64,000 nucleotides of DNA from Macrostomum lignano (Eukaryota). Of this stretch, positions 61,401 to 64,000 are shown in pieces. A model generated the notes under the pieces. It worked only from the letters and a program-made list of their open reading frames with translations. It did not search any database and was not told the DNA's origin. Where the stretch lies: positions 62,001-126,000 of the forward strand of contig NIVC01001294.1 in NCBI GenBank assembly GCA_002269645.1, written 5' to 3'. The translations under genes and the position numbers were made by a program. Position 1 is the stretch's first letter. The number at the start of each line of letters is the position of its first letter.

Positions 61401-63346
61401 TGACACTCTTGGAGGCTGGCCCAGCAACTGAGGATCTGGGAGGCTGGCCCAGCAACTGAGGATCTGGGAGGCTGGCCTAGCAACTGAGGATCTGTGAGGC
61501 TGGCCCAGCAACTGAGGATCTGGGAGGCTGGCCCAGCAACTGAGGATCTGGGAGGCTGGCCTAGCAACTGAGGATCTGGGAGGCTGGCCTAGCCACTGAG
61601 GATCTGTGAGGCTGGCCCAGCAACTGACACTCTGGGAGGCTGGCCTAGCAACCTGACACTCTGGGAGGCTGGCCTAGCAACTGGGGATCTGCGAGGCTGG
61701 ACCAGCAACTGAGGATCTGGGAGGCTGTCCTAGCAACTGAAGATCTGGGAGGCTGGCCCAGCAACTGAGGATCTGGGAGGCGGACCCAGCAACTGGGGAT
61801 CTGGGAGAGCCCTGACAACCGACAGATGCGGGATGAGGATCCCCCAAAACAGATGGTACTAGTAATGCTAATAAAATACCTGCAGATCATTGCCCGGCTT
61901 CAGCCGCTGCTCCCGGTAGACAACCCGCAGGTCGTTATCGATCTCGCGCTCAACCTGCTTAGCCGACACCACAGGCAGGCTGCCCGGCACGCTGCGCGCC
62001 TCCTCGTGTAGTCGTATGGCGGAGTGGTCAGACATGTAGCAGCGGGTGTTGGCGCCCTGCAGGCTCAGATAGGCATTGTAGGTGGCCTCTACTCGCGAGA
62101 CCGACCCGGTGTATTGGTGGGCCAGGCCCGCCTTCAGTATGACCGTGACGACGCACTCGTGCCGGCCGACAGGTATGGAGCAATAGCCCACCTGGTTGAT
62201 AGGTGAATAATTTCATGCTAAAGTAATTAACATTAATTGATGTTTCCAATATTTTGCCTGAAGGATAGAACCAATTATTGTCTCATCCTCCTTAGGGCGA
62301 ATGTTCCACCCTCCTTAGGGCGAATGTTCCACCCTCTTTAGGGCGAATGTTCCACCCTCCTTAGGGCGAATGGCTCACCCTCCTTAGGGCGAATGTTCCA
62401 CCCTCCTTAGGGCGAATGTTCCACCCTCCTTAGGGCGAATGTTCCACCCTCCTTACGGCGAATGTTCCACCCTCCTTAGGGCGAATGTTCCACCCTCCTT
62501 AGGGCGAATGTTCCACCCTCCTTAGGGCGAATGTTCCACCCTCCTTAGGGCGAATGTTCCACCCTCCTTACGGCGAATGTTCCACCCTCCTTAGGGCGAA
62601 TGTTCCACCCTCCTTAGGGCGAATGGCTCACCCTCCTTATTGCGAATGTCACCCTTCTTAGGGCGGTTCTCACTTCTTTAGGGAGAATGTCTCACCCTCG
62701 TTAGGGCGAATTTCTCACTCTCCTTAGGGGCTTGGAGTGTACATGCATCAACTTCCCTCAAGCAAAGTTCGCTCCATTCAAAAGAAAATCTCGAGCGAGC
62801 ATCTAAGCAGACTGCTACCCAAAATCTACCCTAAAAAGCAGCCAGCCTGACCTCAGTTTTACCGTCCGCCTTAGCTCGCACGTGAACCTCGAAGCACACC
62901 CTGGCGTTGCGATTCAACCTGGCGGGCTCGGGCGTCGGGTCGATATGAGCCAGCAGGTACAGAGCCGTGTGCGATCTCGAACCCTCTGGCGGCTCCAGGT
63001 GCGAGCTGATGAAGTGCACAGACGGTTGAAAATTCACATGAGTGAGATTAATGGCGGACAGCTGATTGTGCAGGTTGCTCTGCACGTAGTGGGTGGCTGA
63101 GAATGGGCCAGAGTCCAGCCGGACCCGGGGGTTCTTAGCCAGACTGGTGATGACAAACTCGCGGGAGTCTGGGCCGCCAACTGGCTGCTGGCGAAGCTGC
63201 GGCTGCTGCTCCTTGAAGAATCCCGAGCCGATGGGCTCAACTGAGTACTTCTGGCTGGCTGAGGCGAACTCAGGACTCAAGCTCAGCAAGAGCAGCTGTG
63301 CTAGCAACAGTAGTGGCCTTGGTTGAAGTGAAAATCTGAGCTCCAT
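55429..63346 (-). CDS. TMEM132: TMEM132-family type I membrane protein (about 1315 aa)
   Basis: Exons 63346-62852, 62191-61880, 60519-59593, 59364-58834, 58680-57968, 57657-56998, 55738-55429; all GT-AG with consistent phases, 3948 nt. Signal peptide; LLNLAAISG; VYYPVFPLRVTLTDSELQRIRGW; FQDARVQVFTRF; TM SPFQIGMFVLLAIFCLAVMVFFVN followed by RYRK; NWVWVG; C-terminal MDYGQLLAYFDHMKE. Confidence 0.9.
55830..56910. repeat. 32-33 bp G-rich minisatellite in TMEM132 intron 6
   Basis: GGGGGACAGCAACAGCCTGACTAGGGGGTCCAT variants. Confidence 0.93.
57750..57935. repeat. 21-bp minisatellite in TMEM132 intron 5
   Basis: TAGCTACAGTGGGGGAATTCC units. Confidence 0.85.
59425..59560. repeat. 29-bp repeat in TMEM132 intron 3
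   Basis: GGAGGGTGGCAGTGGGGCGGCAACCCGCT, about 4.5 copies. Confidence 0.88.
60620..61810. repeat. 28-bp minisatellite in TMEM132 intron 2
   Basis: GGGAGGCTGGCCCAGCAACTGAGGATCT, about 42 copies. Confidence 0.95.
62288..62730. repeat. 23-bp TTAGGG-containing minisatellite in TMEM132 intron 1
   Basis: TTAGGGCGAATGTTCCACCCTCC, about 19 copies. Confidence 0.93.
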
Positions 63347-64000
63347 GCTTGCTTCTGTGCTGTTAGAAGTAACAAATCACTAGAAATCTCCAGCTGAATG
63401 TAGTGTAGCACCCTGCAGCTAGTGCCAAACTGATGACAATTTGCACTTTAGCAGAGCCTACTGTCTGCTATACAGAGCTGCAATCATAAACAATATTAAT
63501 AAGTGAACTTTTTGGGCAACTTGCAGCATTGCCAAGTAATATGTATTAGCTTAGAGAATTCAAAATTGTTACTAATAAACAAAATAGTAGACAAAATGAA
63601 TTTGTGAAAATAAAAGTAAACTGTAATTACATATACTATAGTATAAAGCTAACTTTTTTATGCAATTTGCAATTTATATAAAAAAGTATAATTATACTTT
63701 ATTGAATATTAAGCATAAACAATAATATAATAAATACTAATATTATAACTATTTATTGAACTAATAATTGATAATGATAAATATATTGACATTGCTTTTA
63801 GTATTTTGTGTGGCAGATAAAAGGAATATATTAAGATTTTCCAAACTAAAATGTGGTAGAGACCTTGGAGCAGAAAAATTGATAGCACCAAAAACAATTA
63901 TTAGCATAATATATAATTTTTTTATAAAGATAATAGATGTACATTTTGGCAAAAGAAAATGACCAGTTTGGCAAGACAAGTGACATTGCCATGAAATGGT

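Overview
Eukaryotic, intron-containing animal DNA. GC-rich exons, minisatellite-filled introns and splice-acceptor-like sites just before start codons suggest a flatworm such as Macrostomum; this is inference. Genes on +: a MAK/ICK ciliary kinase (3 exons), TFIIF large subunit RAP74/GTF2F1 (2 coding exons), three tandem GT7 beta-1,4-galactosyltransferase-like paralogs, and NPC2 (3 exons). On -: a complete 7-exon TMEM132 (about 1315 aa), convergent with them across a 16.7 kb interval with no gene I could support. The rest is satellites, MITEs, a foldback element, tRNA-derived SINE heads and a C>T-eroded Tc1/mariner relic. Best leads: (1) an LTR-like unit followed by an almost complete antisense copy of mature tRNA-Glu (CCA to position 10) and then an inverted copy of its own first 12 nt, nested in a hAT MITE; (2) a GT7 array that is about 97% identical up to a sharp boundary and then diverges in the acceptor-binding loop; (3) a tRNA-Trp-like cloverleaf lying antisense inside the last coding exon of TMEM132; (4) near CpG-free domains at both window ends, one reaching into a coding exon. 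All alignments and counts were done by eye; no searches were run.
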